This document shows, piece by piece, positions 61,101-64,000 of a DNA stretch of 64,000 bases (within the stretch, counting starts at the first letter, position 1; every line of letters begins with the position of its first letter). The translations under genes and the position numbers were made by a program. Below the pieces are notes generated by a model. It did no database searches. It had not been told where the DNA came from and saw only the letters and a list, made by a program, of their open reading frames with translations. This DNA comes from Bugula neritina. Its lineage: Eukaryota > Animalia > Bryozoa. Location: positions 7,616,722 through 7,680,721 of the forward strand of contig OZ037766.1 in the NCBI GenBank assembly GCA_964035545.1, read 5' to 3'.

Positions 61101-63158
61101 TGAATATAAATGTAACCTTTACTTATTTATTTAACTTGAAGAAATGATGTTTTACTTTTACTTGTTGTGGTCTTGTTTTTGTTCTGCAGAACAGCTAAAG
61201 TCTTAGCTAAAGTTAAGTTTGAGCGTTACTGATGGCACATTTCCGTTTTATGTTTGTAAAAAATATAATAGGCTAAATTTAAACATGGCAAGCAGGTACA
61301 AATTGTCCTAAATTAGTGAAAGTATGCAATTTATTTTGCTTTCATGGGTACAACATAAATGTTTGTATGGTGGTATCAACTTCATCAACTTTCAACATGA
61401 TGAAGTTATCAAACTTTAGATTGAACTAAATTATTACACCAAAGTATTTTTTTTTACAAGTTCAGCGGCGGTGCCTCCAAATTTATGAAGAAAGGGAATG
61501 GGGCCATCAGTTTTGCTGAATAAGTAAACTTCTCAGTGTTGAATGGCATTTTTCATTAAAAACACTACACATTTTCCTGGGAAGCTTTTTTGTGTTCTGT
61601 GTTTAGCCTTGGTATATATGAGTGCATCATCTGGGTATAGACTAACTTGGCCATGAAGGATTTAGGAATATCATTAATTATAAATAAGATTGGTTCAAAA
61701 TTCTGAGTGACCTAGTTCTGTTCTACTATTATGTTTTTGTTTCCTGTCAGTTAAAAAACTTGATATTTTTTGTTGAAGGCTGTTTCTGTAGTCTAGGACT
61801 ATTTTATGGGTTGTCTGTCTTGCAAAGTTATGAAAAGTTGCACACAGCTGATTTATTAAGATAGTGTAGCACAATATATTCTAGCATTTCACTAGAGGTG
61901 TTTGTGAATGAAATGAATTAATATTTGTATGGTTTTCTTTACACTTTTCTGGTGTATAGAAGTGAATTCGACTCTTTTCTATGCAATATCATGTTTTACA
62001 GGCTCTGAGAAGCTATGTTGACAATAATAAGTTTCCGTTATGAGTAACATTAAATTTAATTATGATAGTTGATGGCTCATATTTGACTCCAAGCAGTTGA
62101 TAACTATAACATTTGGTGACATAATTTCATGCTGAAAAATATGTATAGGGGGAAGGAAGCTTGGGGAATCTTGCAGCAATAAATTGCAAACGTCGTTTTT
62201 TATATTATTGAATCAAAATGGTGTTGCTGACAGGGGTTGCAAACAGCAACAAACTAATATAGATGAAAACGTTGGTATAGTTTGTATCTCATTAGAAGGG
62301 ATAAAAGCTGTACTATTTGTAAATCATAAAATAATTGTCGCAAATTTATGTGGACTAGTATTTTTTGAATTATATAAATAGTGCTCCTTTGATACGGAAA
62401 TAATCATCACTAAAAATTTATAATAAACCAAGGCTGGGCTTTTATTCTTAAGACATTTTTTATAATATTTTCAATGAAAAATTATTGCCTAACCATATCT
62501 ATTTTTGTATAGGTTAAGGTATATATATGTTATCTTTGTATCAATTTTTTATACTTGTGCATAATAATAATCTTTGTAATTTTATGTTAGTAATTGCAAA
62601 AAGATGCCTATTTCGTTTTGCAAAACTGAAATTTGAACAAATAAAAGCTCTAAAAGTTTATAACACTGTTTTTATAAAACCGTTTAGTGTTTTGCTAAAA
62701 ATAATTCAAATAAATTAAATAAACTACTATGTCATCTCTATTAGAGAGATGCTGTGTCATGTAATCATTTTAATCAATAACTGTTGAACTTTTCAATGGT
62801 GTACTGAATGGTACTGGATGGCAGATGTCCTCTAAACATAGTTTTAAATTATTTTTTGAAGTTTGAAATTGCTGCAATTTTATTTCATCTAAAAATATTT
62901 TTGTAATTTTATTGACCTTTTTTGCAATAAGTTTTGCCAAGCAGTTTTATACTTGTTTATAGCAACAATGCAATATGAGAAGCAATGCTAAATATGTATG
63001 TAAAAACTAATGCTATGCATTGTTTAGTGTCATATAAGGTTATTATGAAATTATTATACTTTTGATTTACTCAAATTTTCTTTAGTGGGCACAAATAGCT
63101 GTAGTGAAAGTATCTCCTGGATAGAGTGTTGAAATCGCCGCTCACTCCTAGCTTCAGT

Positions 63159-63937
63159 ATGTTGAGAGCTGCCAAGTCTAAAACAAGGGTGTGCCTTTGG
63201 GCAAATAACAAGCTGGTAACATTGGAAATTTACTATGTTTATTTCATTCTCTTTTTTTCTGATCCTAATATAATAATTAAGTCTCACAATATTATTTTGC
63301 GTTTTTTTCTGAAATCGAATGTTTTTAGCTCAAATAAAAAGACAATAAACTTGACTTTCAAAAATTGCTTTTTTTTCTTCAAACTAAATTAAATAAAGTG
63401 ACGATGTTTAAAATTGTTAAGTTTTATCTCTGTGTATTTTAGACTCCTCATAATGTAGAATATATTCTCGCTAATGCAACACCTTTAGCATTGACAGATG
63501 GGCGAACACTGAATACATCACCTCTACCATTTGAAGAACAGTAAAATTTATTCATGTTTAATTTAAACTTTACTACTTTGGCAATGCCTACATAATTTTT
63601 TCAAAGCTAGATAACTGCCATGGTTATACATAATACTATTTAAAGTATAACTTCTTTGCATGTATCCATACTATGATTCTATAATTTATGTCAGTCTATA
63701 TTATAGAGAAGTGTGCTCCATGTGTGTCACTCGTTTATTATTTATACCAAGTATTTATTCCTTTTAGGCCCAACAGAGGTGGAAGCTGGCGATGGATCGC
63801 TGGGGGAGTGGCCATCTTAGGGGTTGGAATGGGAACTCTATATGCAAGCGATGATGCAAGGCACTGGTTCATCGAAAAGATTCCTGCCAGCAAATCTCAG
63901 TTTGCTAGGCTAGGCCTTAGCGTAGAACGACCTATCA
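63159..63937 (+). CDS. IMMT: Probable MICOS subunit MIC60/mitofilin, 5' part (runs off the window)
   Basis: Exons 63159-63215 (MLRAAKSKTRVCLW, basic presequence), 63443-63540 and 63767-63937 (Gly-rich TM WIAGGVAILGVGMGTLYA followed by DDARHWFIEKIP). This resembles the MIC60 N-terminus; only the N-terminus is visible. Confidence 0.6.
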
Positions 63938-64000
63938 CGTAATATTTTACTAATGCTGTGTTCTCACCATTTGAAGCACCTCACACTTGACTACTTTTGG

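Overview
AT-rich, intron-dense animal genomic DNA, most likely from an invertebrate; the species cannot be determined from the sequence. I assembled spliced gene models by hand from GT-AG junctions. Two tandem paralogous mucin-like genes (partial <1-5841 and complete 6719-12916) carry a PTT(A/K) repeat followed by two copies of a Cys-rich domain; the complete gene also has a signal peptide and a CUB-like domain. They are followed by KRR1 (-), a tetraspanin (-), an SPFH/Band-7 protein (-), SERINC (+), KLHDC9 (-), INCENP (+), QDPR (-) and the 5' end of a probable MIC60/IMMT gene (+). Repeats include a tRNA-Thr-derived SINE-like element, a hAT MITE, a mariner 3' relic, microsatellites and minisatellites. 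Three signals stand out. (1) A degenerate, strand-flipping 6-bp lattice (RSY-ATN / NAT-RSY) recurs next to the predicted 5' ends, mostly in first introns, of the housekeeping-type genes. (2) The mucin-like family carries a duplicated Cys-rich domain I cannot name and shows signs of concerted repeat evolution. (3) A vertebrate-style CCAAT/CCAAT/E2F/CHR cell-cycle promoter lies between KLHDC9 and INCENP. All exon coordinates are manual and may be off by a few bases.
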